Assembly: GCF_037042905.1 (NCBI RefSeq)
Contig: NC_087252.1
Location: 15,254,001-15,318,000 of the forward strand
DNA length: 64,000 nucleotides
Reading direction: 5' to 3'
From: Lytechinus pictus
Lineage: Eukaryota
Of the stretch, positions 26,199 to 37,775 are shown piece by piece (within the stretch, counting starts at the first letter, position 1; each line of letters starts with the position of its first letter). The notes under the pieces were generated by a model, which made no database searches, was not told the origin of the DNA, and was given only the letters and a program-made list of their open reading frames with translations. Position numbers and translations under genes: made by a program.

Positions 26199-28407
26199 CA
26201 GAGCTGCCAAGTAGTATGATTTTTGTCTCACCTGCATAGCAGAGTGAGACTATAGGCGCCGCTTTTCCGACGGCGGCGGCGGCGACGGCGGCGGCGGCGT
26301 CAACACCAAATCTTAACCTGAGGTTAAGTTTTTGAAATGACAGCATAACTTAGAAAGTATATGGTCCTAGTTCATGAAACTTGGCCATAAGGTCAATCAA
26401 GTATTACTGAACATCCTGCCTGAGTTTCATGTCACATGACCATGGTCAATGGTCATTTATGGTCAATGAACTTAGACCATGTTGGGGAAATCAACATCAA
26501 AATCTTAACCTAAGGTTAAGTTTTTGAAATGTCATCATAACTTAGAAAATATATGGACCTAGTTCATAAAACTTATACATAAGGTTAATCAAGTATCACT
26601 GAACATCCTGCATGAGTTTCACGTCACATGACCAAGGCCAATGGTCATTTAGGGTCAATGAACTTTGGCCGAATGGGGGTATCTGTAGATTTACCATCAT
26701 AACTTTAAAAGTTTATGGATCTGATTCATGAAAATTGGCCATAAGGTCAATCAAGTATTACTGAACATCCTGCTTGAGTTTCATGTCACATGACCATGGT
26801 CAATGGTCATTTATGGTCAATGAACTTTGGCCGAATTGGGTGTATCTGTTGAATTACCATCACAACTTTAAAAGTTTATGGATCTGATTCATGAAACTTG
26901 GCCATAAGGTCAATCAAGTATTACTGAATATCCTGCTTGAGTTTCATGTCACATGACCATGGTCAATGGTCATTTAGGGTCAATGAACTTTGGCCGAATT
27001 GGGTGTATCTGTAGATTTACCATCATAACTTTAAAAGTTTATGGATCTGATTCATGAAAATTGGCCATAAGGTCAATCAAGTATTACTGAACATCCTGCT
27101 TGAGTTTCATGTCACATGACCATGGTCAATGGTCATTTATGGTCAATGAACTTTGGCCGAATTGGGTGTATCTGTAGATTTACCATCATAACTTTAAAAG
27201 TTTATGGACCTAGTTCATGAAACTTATACATAAGGTTAATCAAGTATCACTGAACATCCTGCAAGAGTTTCACGTCACATGACCAAGGTCAATGGTCATT
27301 TAGGGTCAATGAACTTTGGCCGAATTGGGGGTATCTGTAGATTTACCATCATAACTTTATAAAAGTTTATGGATCTGATTCATGAAACTTGGACATAATA
27401 GTAATCAAGTATTACTGAACATCCTGCATGAGTTTCACGTCACATGACCAAGGTCAAAGGTCATTTAGGGTCAATGAACTTTGGCTGAATTGGGGTATTT
27501 GTTGAATTACCGCCATAACTTTGAAAGTGTGTTGGTCTAATTCATAAAACTTGGACATAAGAGTAATCAAGTATCACTGAACATTTTGTGCACATTTTAG
27601 GTCACATGACCAAGGTCAAAGGTCAATGAACTTTGGCCATAATTGGGGTATCTGTTCAATTACCATTATAACTTGGAAAGTTGTTGGATCTTACTCTTGA
27701 AACTTGGACATAAGAGTAATCAAGTATCACCGAACATCCTGTGCGAGTTTCAGGTCACATGATCAAGGTCAAAGGTCATGTAAGGTCAATGAACTTTGGC
27801 CACGTTGGGGGTATTTGTTGAATTACCATCATATCTCTATAAGTGTATTGGTCTAGTTTATAAAACGTGGAAATAAGAGTAACCAAGTATCACTGAACAT
27901 CTTGTGCTAGTTATAGTGCTGCTATATGCTGCTATATTGAATCGCGTGATGCAGGTGAGACGGCCAGAGGCATTCATCTTGTTTCCATATTTAGTACGTT
28001 TTTGCAACCAAAATATGGCAGTACGTTTTTTCTTTAAAAAATATGTTTTTTGTAAAAAAAAAAAATCATCTCTATATGTCTCTATTTCATAAAACGTACA
28101 CAAATATGGTCAATGTAATTTCAAGTAACTTGTTTTTTTTTAATTATTTTGTAAAAACCAGGGTGAGATATACACAAGTTTCAATGTTGTTTTTTTTTCA
28201 TCTGCAAGAGCAGTGCACATTTTAGCTTGCATGCAGCTTGAGCACCGTGATGGGTGAGTGCGCCAAGCATTTTATTATGAAATACACTTTTTTTGGGAAA
28301 AATACAAAATATTTATCTCACACTATAAAAATACTGATTTTTTGGTCAAAATACTGATTTTTGGGGATAAGAATACTGAAAATGCAAAATACAACTTGGC
28401 AGCTCTG
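26199..28407. mobile_element. DNA element with cagagctgccaag TIRs
   Basis: 13-bp TIRs; 6-bp TSD ttcata; empty site at ~15728. Confidence 0.75.
26221..27983 (+). mobile_element. HINE/pearl-like element with an internal ~163-bp tandem array
   Basis: Subterminal IR gtctcacctgcat/atgcaggtgagac, (GGC)n, 163-bp periodicity, T-rich insertion site. Confidence 0.7.
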
Positions 28408-28447
28408 TTCATAGTGTTCAACTTCTGCCATGTTGTAGAATATTTAA

Positions 28448-28839
28448 AGATAAATTCCAGTTTGTAACGATCTCAAAATGACTTTTGACAGAATCTAATA
28501 TAATGACCACCCAAGTGTCTGTTTGTATGAATAAAAAATATGTGCCAAAGGATTCTGGAAGAAATTGTGTAATTGCTGAGAAATAAGCAATTTAAGCGCG
28601 GATTCGGTCACTTCCGTCAGGTCTTTATTCCAGCAATATTGATACACTGTCCCACGTGTGCCTATCTGTGTTGGTAATCTTCAGTGTGAACATTTTTCAG
28701 CGTAGATTTCAAGATTTCACAAAGTTCAGTTTATGTAACTGTACCAGATCTAGATCCTCAATGATATTCTGACAATTAAGCCTGGTTTTACAGACTTTCT
28801 CATGAAATCAGTGTTTATTGCAACTACTGGCATTTCTCT
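28448..28839. mobile_element. Kolobok-like MITE (diverged inverted relative at ~7659-8042)
   Basis: TTAA-AG...CT-TTAA; empty site at ~15764. Confidence 0.75.
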
Positions 28840-29636
28840 TTAATTGTGAAGTCAGGTGATAAAATATTACATTCAATAAAGTTTGTTTTCTCTGGGCTAG
28901 CTGAATATTGTGGTTATGTTGTCCCCATTCAACAAAAGACATATAGGAGTGCATTTTGAAGTGGAGTTTACTAACTCTCAAGCACAAGTGTATATATTCA
29001 TTTCCATAAATAAATTCATAATGTTCCACGTATTGGTATATGAAAATAAGAACAAAATGAAGGACTCAAATTTGAGTGGTGAATACCAATTCTAAAGGAT
29101 TTTATCCTCCAAATTTTTAAGGGTCCTCCTCCCTTTATTTAGACTGACAAAGCAATAAAATGAATGCAAACACAATCTAAAGTGTATAGTTATACATGTA
29201 TGTAGTAGAAGTGTTGTGGCGCAGTGGAGAAGTCTCCGGACTTTGAACCACAAGGTCTGGGGTTCAAATCCCACTGCAGCACTTACATCCTTTGGCAAGG
29301 CATCTATCTGCATTTGCCCCTCTTCACCCAGGTGTAGTAAATGGGTACCTGGTAGGTAGGAATTCCTTGAATGCTCGAGCATCCTATCAGGATAGCAGTG
29401 CTAAAGCCGGGTAATAGCATGCAGCGCTTAGAAACATTTCTATTAAGTGCTATAAAAATGTTGCATATTATTATAATATATAATAATTGCCATTACATGT
29501 ACATATTAGACATGATGTATCCAGGTGAGTGGGCGGGGGGGGGGGGTGTGCAAATGAAAATTAAACTCAAATGAAAGTGAACACAATCCATCGGTGTTCA
29601 ATTTACCGATCATCATCTTTTGATAGTCTGGATGGT

Positions 29637-31343
29637 TTACAAGATAAATTTCTTACTAGTATCGTAAAAATGGAGCTTGTCCCCATCACAAACTACAAGG
29701 TTACCAGAAGGAGTAACAAGACAAGGCATGATGTAGTCACTGCGATCTGATTTCACGTACTGAATGATCCTCCTTGTTTGGATGATACCATCACACGACA
29801 CCCGATCAACTGCATAGGTATTTGGTGCTTTATCCTCGTATGTGATGTAAAGAGTGTCTGTCTTTTTGTCAACCTGACATAGTGCCCAGTGCCACTCATC
29901 ACAGTGAATGACAGCCTTCTCTTCTCCTGATCGTGAGATGACAGTGAATTCTTTATTACCTGTCTTCACAACAATATCACCTGATGACAGGGCTTGTATC
30001 CTACCCCACACTGTTTTGCCTGGCATCTCGATAGTATTTGTTTTCTTACCATCAGCCGGGTTGATGACATAGATGCATGCATTAGACTCATAACACTGAG
30101 CAGCGAGGATCATCCCATCCCTATCAACATCGATAAACACACCATCACAATCATACATAAAGATATCTGCATTAGTATTGTTCGGTATGCTGATCTCTCT
30201 TAAAACCTCCCAATCTCTATCATGCCTAACATAAAGAGTTATACATGTACTTGTACATGTAGAACTGCCAAATGCCAAACCAAATGTATTCTCCCTACAA
30301 CATGCAATTATGTTACTGTCCATGGAAGCAATTGATGTGATTCTCATGCATGTACTTTGATCTCCTTCAATAACTTGGTGTGTGTTTCCAGTGCTCAAGT
30401 CTGTAATGTACATGCTATTTGTATCTCTGTCAAACACACAAATCTCGTCATCACTGATCAAACCACGCATTACCGGCCGATTGACAACAGAGGGAATGTG
30501 AACTGATTTTACTAATTTACACCAGTTAAATCTGATTTTGTATTCTTCATCATCTCCCCCTTCTGTAAACTTGACTTTCCAAACTTCTCTCTGTATTCTG
30601 TCAAGACAATTGCTAACGTCTTGGTGAACGTTCAAACTTAAATTTTCATCGATAGATGCGAGTACTTCAGGAGCTTCATTCACCAATGTTTCATCATTCT
30701 GCTTTATGCGCGTGATAGTTGATTCAATATTCTTAACAATTTCAATTTCATTTTGATTCTTACTCCTGAGGTCTCTAATCTTATTTGAAACTACTTCTCT
30801 GATTGTCTTTACGTCTTCTAAGAGATTTGCTCCCTTATCTCTTATGCCTTGTAGCTCGTTCTCTCTTTCAGTGGTACATGCCATAATCTGCTTATCTCTC
30901 CTTTCCTTTATCAGTCTAATTTCCTCATCTGCTTCTTCACTTATCCTCCTAATCTTTTGGATCTCTTTATCCCTTGCACTTTTTAACGAGCCTTGAATTA
31001 CAACTTGAATTTCATCATTGACAGCATTCAGATGGTCGTTTGAAGATGTTTCAATATATGCCAGTTTGTAATGCAAATTTTCTAATTTTTTGTTGGCTTC
31101 ATCTATGTTTGGCTTTTTATCATCCAGCTTTTCCCTGCTCTCGAAGATGACATCCTCGATGTCATCGAGCTCACATGGTTTCTGGCTGTGATCTTTGGTA
31201 GCGCAAGGATGGCAAACGGGAATTTTGTGTTTCTTACAGTAGAATTTGATTGGCTCACCGTGCTTGTCGCATGACCACATCATGTCATGACCTTTCCTAG
31301 GTCGTAGCTGACCCAAGTTGTCTTGCGGAAACTTTGATGCCAT
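29637..31343 (-). CDS. B-box zinc finger / coiled-coil / beta-propeller TRIM-related protein, copy 2
   Basis: Intact ~568-aa paralog of 16579-18255; ATG chosen because a conserved tctttcag acceptor lies just upstream in both copies. Confidence 0.85.
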   Translation of the reverse strand: MASKFPQDNLGQLRPRKGHDMMWSCDKHGEPIKFYCKKHKIPVCHPCATKDHSQKPCELDDIEDVIFESREKLDDKKPNIDEANKKLENLHYKLAYIETSSNDHLNAVNDEIQVVIQGSLKSARDKEIQKIRRISEEADEEIRLIKERRDKQIMACTTERENELQGIRDKGANLLEDVKTIREVVSNKIRDLRSKNQNEIEIVKNIESTITRIKQNDETLVNEAPEVLASIDENLSLNVHQDVSNCLDRIQREVWKVKFTEGGDDEEYKIRFNWCKLVKSVHIPSVVNRPVMRGLISDDEICVFDRDTNSMYITDLSTGNTHQVIEGDQSTCMRITSIASMDSNIIACCRENTFGLAFGSSTCTSTCITLYVRHDRDWEVLREISIPNNTNADIFMYDCDGVFIDVDRDGMILAAQCYESNACIYVINPADGKKTNTIEMPGKTVWGRIQALSSGDIVVKTGNKEFTVISRSGEEKAVIHCDEWHWALCQVDKKTDTLYITYEDKAPNTYAVDRVSCDGIIQTRRIIQYVKSDRSDYIMPCLVTPSGNLVVCDGDKLHFYDTSKKFIL

Positions 31344-31931
31344 GGTACAAAGATGGTTAACTCCAGACAGGAAGTGGAAAATGAGCCTGAAAGAGATATG
31401 CAGATGCCCATTGAAACGATGCAAGAAATACAGAATACAGATGAACAAGTGAAGGTGGTGGCAAACAGCAATTTACTCTAAATAAGCCTGTTCACGATTG
31501 TAAACTGCGCACGAGCAGAAAAAGGTCATTTGAGATAAACCATGAAGGTGGCTTTCAAATTCACTGACATAGGCATTTGTGATTTGATGATTATTCATGT
31601 ATTCCTTTCAAAATATTCATTTTATCACATCCAAGCTGAAGAGTAATAAATAGAGCCTTCATAATCACTGGTATTTGACAGTAGCCTAAACAATAGTCAA
31701 ATGTGCCAAAGGGAGACAATAAAACAGATTTCCAAACTTTATTCCCGATGTACTTTTCTAGTCACCTGGTCTATACAATGCATTTTGTTCTTAGACTTTG
31801 AATACTCTACAGGTACATGTAAAGCTTACGCAACATCTACATTTGAAAATGATAGTGCTCATCCTAATAAAAAATCACAAAGGTCATTTGAGAAAAGTTG
31901 ATCATGAGCTAACCGTGAACTGGCTTATTGA

Positions 31932-32455
31932 CCGGGGGGGGGGGGCACTTACATTGACGAGTGGATACCATGCGCGACCAAAAAAACACGTAAAAAGGAT
32001 GTCTTTTTCAAGATAGGGCATGTTACGAACGTAACGTGATAAGGGTGTCAAAAACACAAATACATGTATAATGAAAAAAGGGTATCTATTTCGCTAGGAC
32101 AATTACATGTTTAGGGTCGAATTTGCGGGGATGATAAATTAAAATTAAAATGTTTTATAAAGGATGTCCTTTTTGCCCCAACACTTCGTGTTTAGAGTCC
32201 AATTTGCGCGAGGTGTAGAAGATGGGGTCGTACTAAACCAAATTAGGTAAAGCCGACGACCGAAGGACCCGGCCGTAACAATAAAACATTCCTGTACTTG
32301 TTTAGGGGTTCATTTCAGGGAATATTTGCCAAGAGTATCGTTTTGGGATGCATTTTCAGAATATGGAAATTACGTGTTTCGGGTGCTTTTCGAGACCCCA
32401 TGGTCGCGCATGGTATCCACTCGTGAATGGAACTGGCCCCCCCCCCCCCCCCCGG
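31932..32455. mobile_element. Poly-G/poly-C-ended MITE with 9-bp TSD (Mutator-like)
   Basis: ccggggg...cccccgg ends; gcttattga duplicated on both sides. Confidence 0.75.
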
Positions 32456-32587
32456 GCTTATTGACCACATTCCATTATCGTTTATCAGGGTTTTCATTGT
32501 TGTAAATTCAACATTGTATGAAAATTTGTGTTTATAATCATTTAAATCTAAATACATCAAACTAAAAAACAAATGAAATACACTTAC

Positions 32588-32675
32588 GTTCTTTGTTCTT
32601 CTTTTGATCTTTCATGGGAGCCCGGTCCAATGTAACTTTTCAGTCGTGGTTGAAAAATACTACACCCCACATAAT
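32588..32675 (-). other. Putative 5' non-coding exon of B-box gene copy 2
   Basis: cacttac donor at 32581-32587 with flanks homologous to 19345-19460; 5' limit approximate. Confidence 0.5.
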
Positions 32676-33565
32676 GCATTAAAGATCCCATGAACAATAA
32701 TGTACACTGCTTTGAGATATATCATAGTTATAGCATCCAATGTTTGCTCACTTTTTTACTTCTGCATTTGAAATCTTTCTAGTAAGTTAATAATGGGTAC
32801 ATCAATATATCAAGAAAATGATATATTGGAATCATTAAGAAAAATAACTACACTAGACCCAGAAATATATTTGGCTTACAGTATACTAATTGTATATGGT
32901 ATTATAAAACCTCTGGGGAAACAAACATCATTTGATCAACCTCAAGTTCAATGTAAATATATTGTGATTTTATGGCACATCTGATAATAAAGTATTCTTC
33001 AAGATATCAGATAATGACCATTTTCATTTTCAACAATAGTGATACTTTGAGCTTAATATTACAATAAATCATCAAGATTCAAGTCATTAAACAGATATCA
33101 CATATAATTCATGCATCACCCCATATACTTAGAACGAAAGAATAATGAGTGAGATGTACATGTAGCACTCTAGGGCCCTGTTGCATAAAGTCAAGTGACT
33201 GACAAAAACAATTCCATGTACAACTTGCCTATGTTAATAGGCACATTGCCATGGAAATGCATAAGGCTCACAAATTAATGATAATCAGATGTTATATAGA
33301 TTTCACAATGCATGTGGAAAAGGAAAAGCGTATCCAACACAAGAATAAAGCGGTCATTATGAGCGTTTTGTGTGTGAAGTCACATGTGCACAGGACGTCA
33401 TAAAGTATAACATCAAGTGATGTGCTATGTCATCATAGCAATAAAACACTGGGAGTAAAAGTGGAAATAATGCAGATTATGTAAATGTATGTACATGTAT
33501 ATATATGTGTGTGTGTGTAAAGTTATACATGCACAACAGCTTTGGCAACTCTTTTATTTAAATAT

Positions 33566-33870
33566 TGTAAAGATATGGATGAAGAGAACAATGGTAGGCA
33601 TACATGTAGCTTGAATTCACCCGACAAAGGAAATTATAATTGGTATAGTGTCGCAAATCTGTCGGTTAATCGGATCGGGGTCGCCCTAGCCAACTAACCC
33701 GTCTCTGTGGCCTAGTGGTTAAGGCACCTGCGTTCAAAGCTGGGGGCCTGGGTTCGATTCCCGGCAGAGATGATTTTTCGGCATCACCAATTTTTCCAAA
33801 GGGTAGATCGCTCTTGGGAACCTTGATTTAAGCCACGCCTACCATTGTTCTCTTCATCCATTTCTTTACA
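33566..33870. mobile_element. Non-autonomous DNA element with TGT...ACA ends (Ginger-like)
   Basis: 34-bp TIRs with 1 mismatch; ATAT on both sides (4-bp TSD). Confidence 0.75.
33701..33772 (+). tRNA. tRNA-like gene or pseudogene with UCA anticodon, inside a MITE
   Basis: 72-nt cloverleaf: acceptor GTCTCTG/CAGAGAT, D arm GCCT/AGGC, anticodon loop GTTCAAA, T arm CTGGG-TTCGATT-CCCGG, TTTTT at 33774; one U-U mismatch in the anticodon stem and G32. Confidence 0.6.
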
Positions 33871-34395
33871 ATATATATACATGTATATCTATAAACCAGC
33901 TTCCAAACAAACTGATCAAACTTTAAAAGGGCACTGCACAATTTCCACTCTTTACAAAGCACCTGTCAATAAAATCACAGAGAGGCTATAGCCCCACACA
34001 TCAATTGATTTCAGAATAAAAAAATAACAAAATGGCAAAAGAAGGACCAATGTAAATGAGATGAGATTAAACAAACTTTTAAGTTTGCTACACATGTCCT
34101 TCACGGGCATGTTTTAGTGATTGGTTCGATCACATAGATACTACAGGAGTTCAGATCAAAATTTCAAATTACTGGAACAATCACACATCCACACGCAACC
34201 CCACTGGGATATCCGGGTATGTGGGAGATAATCTGAACTAAGTAGGAGTCTGTGTGCATCGCTCAGCCACACACAGAAAACAACATAATCGGATTATCGT
34301 CCACTTACCGGGACATCCCCCTGGTATCTGTGTGTGGCTGTGTGCTTGTTCCAGTCATTTGAAATGGTGATTTCAAATTTTTGTTGCTTCTCAGT

Positions 34396-34870
34396 AGGTG
34401 GTTTTAGACCGCCTCGAAGTTCGTCAGTTCCAGGTATTTTCTGATCGGGAAATTTACCCGATCAGAAAATACCAGGTAATATTGGCAATGTGAAAGCAAA
34501 TTACGTGTAATATCCTTGAAAGAAAATACCCACTAAATAGCAGGTACTTGGCAAAATTACGAGAACTGTCGCATGGATTTTTCCAAGGTCGCAGGTATTT
34601 GGCAATGTGAAAGCAATTTACGGGAACTTTAAGCCCAGCGTGTAGTTGGGCGCGGGTGCCGTGGGTGGCTGCTGAGCTAGTGGTTTTGAATCTCTCGCCT
34701 TGCCTGCTTATCAGACCATACTGCGCATGCTCCTAACTTCAGGAATTTATCCTGAAGGATATGTTTCGGGGCGGTGTGAATGCAGGAATAATTAATGGGT
34801 ATTTTTTAGCCTAAAAATGTTCTCGCAATTTAACAGAGATTCTTATGATTGAGGCGGTTTGAAACCACCT
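34396..34870. mobile_element. Harbinger-like MITE
   Basis: TIR aggtggtttYagaccgcctc. Confidence 0.7.
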
Positions 34871-35120
34871 AATGATCACCCAAATTTAACTGTGCCTGTT
34901 TTTAAGGGATGGGTCAGGGGCAATGGGCAGAAACTCCTAGTAACCACGGTAATTTGTTGTTTTGCAGTCATGCTCAGATACATGATCCCACTCTTGACCA
35001 ATCAGAGGAACAAATTTAATTTTCTTAAAGAGAGCTTTATAAACATATGTAAGGTGTATATGTATGTGTGTGTGTGTAATGTTCACATCAAGGGCGCTAC
35101 CTGAGACAGTGTGTGCGTAA

Positions 35121-35978
35121 TTTTTGTCTCGCCTGCATAGCAGAGTGAGACTATAGGCGCTGCTTTCCCGACGACGACGACGGTGTCAACATTGAAATCT
35201 TAACCAAGGTTAAGTTTTTGAAACGTCATCATAACTTCGAAAGTGTATGGACCTAGTTCATGAAACTTAGACATGAGGGTAATAATGTATCACCGAAGAT
35301 CCTGCCTGAGTTTCAGGTCACACAATCAAGGTCAAAGGTCACTTAGGGTCAATGAACTTTGGCCATATTGGTTTTTTTTTTAGGAATTGTCATCATAACT
35401 TTGATATTTTATGGATCTAGTTCACGAAACTTGGAAGAGCAATCAAGTATCCTTGAACATCCTGTGCTAGTTTCAGGTCACATGACCAAGGTCAAAAGTA
35501 ATTTAGGGTCAACAAACTTTGGTAATGTTGGATGTATTTGTGGAATTGTCATCATAACTTTTAAATTCTATGGATCTAGTTCATCAAACTTGGACATGCA
35601 TGTAAGAACAGCAATGTATCCATGAATTACCCTGTAAGCGTTTCAGGAACATGGCCAAGATCAAAGGTCATTTAAAGGTCAATAAACTCTGGCCATGTTG
35701 GGATTATGTGTTGAATTGGCATCATAACGTAAGAAGTTTATGGATCTAGCTCATGAAACATCGACATAAGGGTAATCAAGTATGAATGGTTGTTTTGCAC
35801 ATGTCTTAGATCACATGATCACAGTCAAAGGTAATTTTTGGTCAATGGACATAATATTTTATATCTTATAAGTGTTTTCTTCTGTGAATAATTATTCATT
35901 AGCTGTTTTCAAAGGAAGTACGGCTGCTATATCATATTGCGTAGTGCAGGCGAGACTGCCAGAGGCGTTCCACTTGTG
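35121..35978 (+). mobile_element. HINE/pearl-like element, same family as 26221-27983, fewer repeats
   Basis: Same termini and repeat unit. Confidence 0.7.
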
Positions 35979-36598
35979 TTTTTTTAATCATGATATATTT
36001 TCAAATCTAATAAATCACTTGACAAAGCCCTATGGGTGAATATTCTTTCATTACAGAGTTTGTATTTCGTTTTGAGTTTATTCTGTTTGATTTACTCTGA
36101 GCAGAATGATACCAACTTTGTCGATATATTTTACCAATTTGAGTCAGAAAAAATATTACACCTCAAAAATAGAAAACTTGTAAAGTGTCTCTGAAAAGAG
36201 TATTTTGTCCCTAACAGTTGAAATACAATTTTTATGTGGTATATATTTATATTTTGATAATCCAGATGAATTATTAGCTTTGTTATAAAATTCAGTTTGT
36301 GTTAGAGATTACCCTGTTCATTTATGACTATTATATTTAGAGATTACCCTTTTTATATCTCTGTTTTGTTAGATTACACTGTTATATTATCAATATACTA
36401 CATGTACTCTTCCTTTATTTTGTGTTAGAGATTACCCTGTTCATATTTATCTGTTTTGTTTGAGATTGCCCTGTTTATTTTTCCATTTTATTAGAGATTA
36501 CCATGTTCATATCTTTGTATTGTCTAAAATATTGCCTTGTTCTATCTTTATAGAGATTGTCCTGTTCACATATTCCATATTTTCTTGCTCTGTTTCAG

Positions 36599-36719
36599 AG
36601 AGCGTAACATGAACACGTTTGTGTTGAGACCTCACTGCGGTGAAGCCGGCCCGGTCCATCATTTAGTCACATCCTTCATGCTGGCACAGAACATCTCACA
36701 TGGCTTACTTCTCAGAAAG
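36599..36719 (+). CDS. AMPD2: AMP deaminase exon ([22 protein letters not shown]...ISHGLLLRK)
   Basis: tttcag acceptor and gtacag donor; catalytic RPHCGEAG and HG motifs; phase matches exon ending 11537. Confidence 0.96.
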
Positions 36720-37599
36720 GTACAGTATTATAATAAAAACAAGGCCTGGGGATGTTTTACAAACAGTTAAATGTGACTTATCGTAATGCTTAAACACCAA
36801 CGCGCACATGATATTTAACGCGTAATCTTATTTGCCTACATGTACATACTGTATGTATATAATATATAAACACTACTGCATGTATGGATATGCAGTAGTG
36901 TGCGTCCAGTGCGCATGATATGACCAAAACGGTGATGCGTTATATACGGCACACAACTGAAATTTAAGTGCGACTCTTTATTTAAAATCATACTTCCATC
37001 TTTGTGAAACGCCCCCCCCCCCAGAATAAGAAATATTGAGGTAGACATATATATCAGCTATATTTTCATACCAAATTTTATCCAATTATCTAGCTTCATC
37101 GATGCAAATAGAGCTTATTTCTTTTAGCAAACATGGCTTCTCCTCAAATGAAAAAGATGACCAGTAAAAAGAAGTTATGAAGTACAGCACACCTGTCAGC
37201 TCTGCACATTTTTATATACCAATTTTGCATTTTAACAGGGGTAATATTTTTTGCTATTCCCCTGTTTAAAAAAATCTGTATCTAAAACAAATATTGACTA
37301 CACTTTTATTCAGGCAGTGCCCCTTAATTATCTTGAAACTGTGGACCTACTACGTGTATTTTCCCCTGACCTTCTGTCTTGAGTCTCAAAGATCACTTTG
37401 GTGCAGTAGTTTTACCGTGAACAGTCAATATTTGTATAATTATATATTTTATCCAGATATTTTATCCAACAACCTAGCTGTATTAAAGCAAAGATATGTT
37501 CATTTTATAGCGTCCATTGCTTGACATCAGGTTAAATTGTTTAAATTATAATGTTTAATATATTGTTTCCTTCTGCACCATTATGTTGTTATTTTGTTT

Positions 37600-37775
37600 C
37601 TTAGATCCTCTTCACAATATCTTCCTACAGTTAATTGACACACATATGGTATCCAAGCATTTGCATCTTTAGCACCAGCACTTTGGAATTCTCTGCCCGT
37701 AGCAATAAGAAGTATATCTTCCCTTTCTCAGTTTGAGAGCACTTTAAAGACCCACCTTTTTCATTCCTAACATGT
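37600..37775 (+). mobile_element. L2-like LINE 3' fragment
   Basis: Encodes YGIQAFASLAPALWNSLPVAIRSISSLSQFESTLKTHLF. Confidence 0.7.

Larger units (their letters stand above)
21410..36575. repeat. Intronic tandem segmental duplication, unit 2 (expanded by TE insertions)
   Basis: Shares flank, SINE, MITE and B-box gene order with unit 1; homology of the distal ~3.5 kb is evident only at the terminal minisatellite. Confidence 0.8.

Noticed and set aside
31344..31448. N-terminal extension of the 603-aa ORF
   Set aside because: Crosses a conserved splice acceptor and is not conserved in copy 1
33701..33772. Selenocysteine tRNA
   Set aside because: UCA anticodon but no long variable arm or extended acceptor stem
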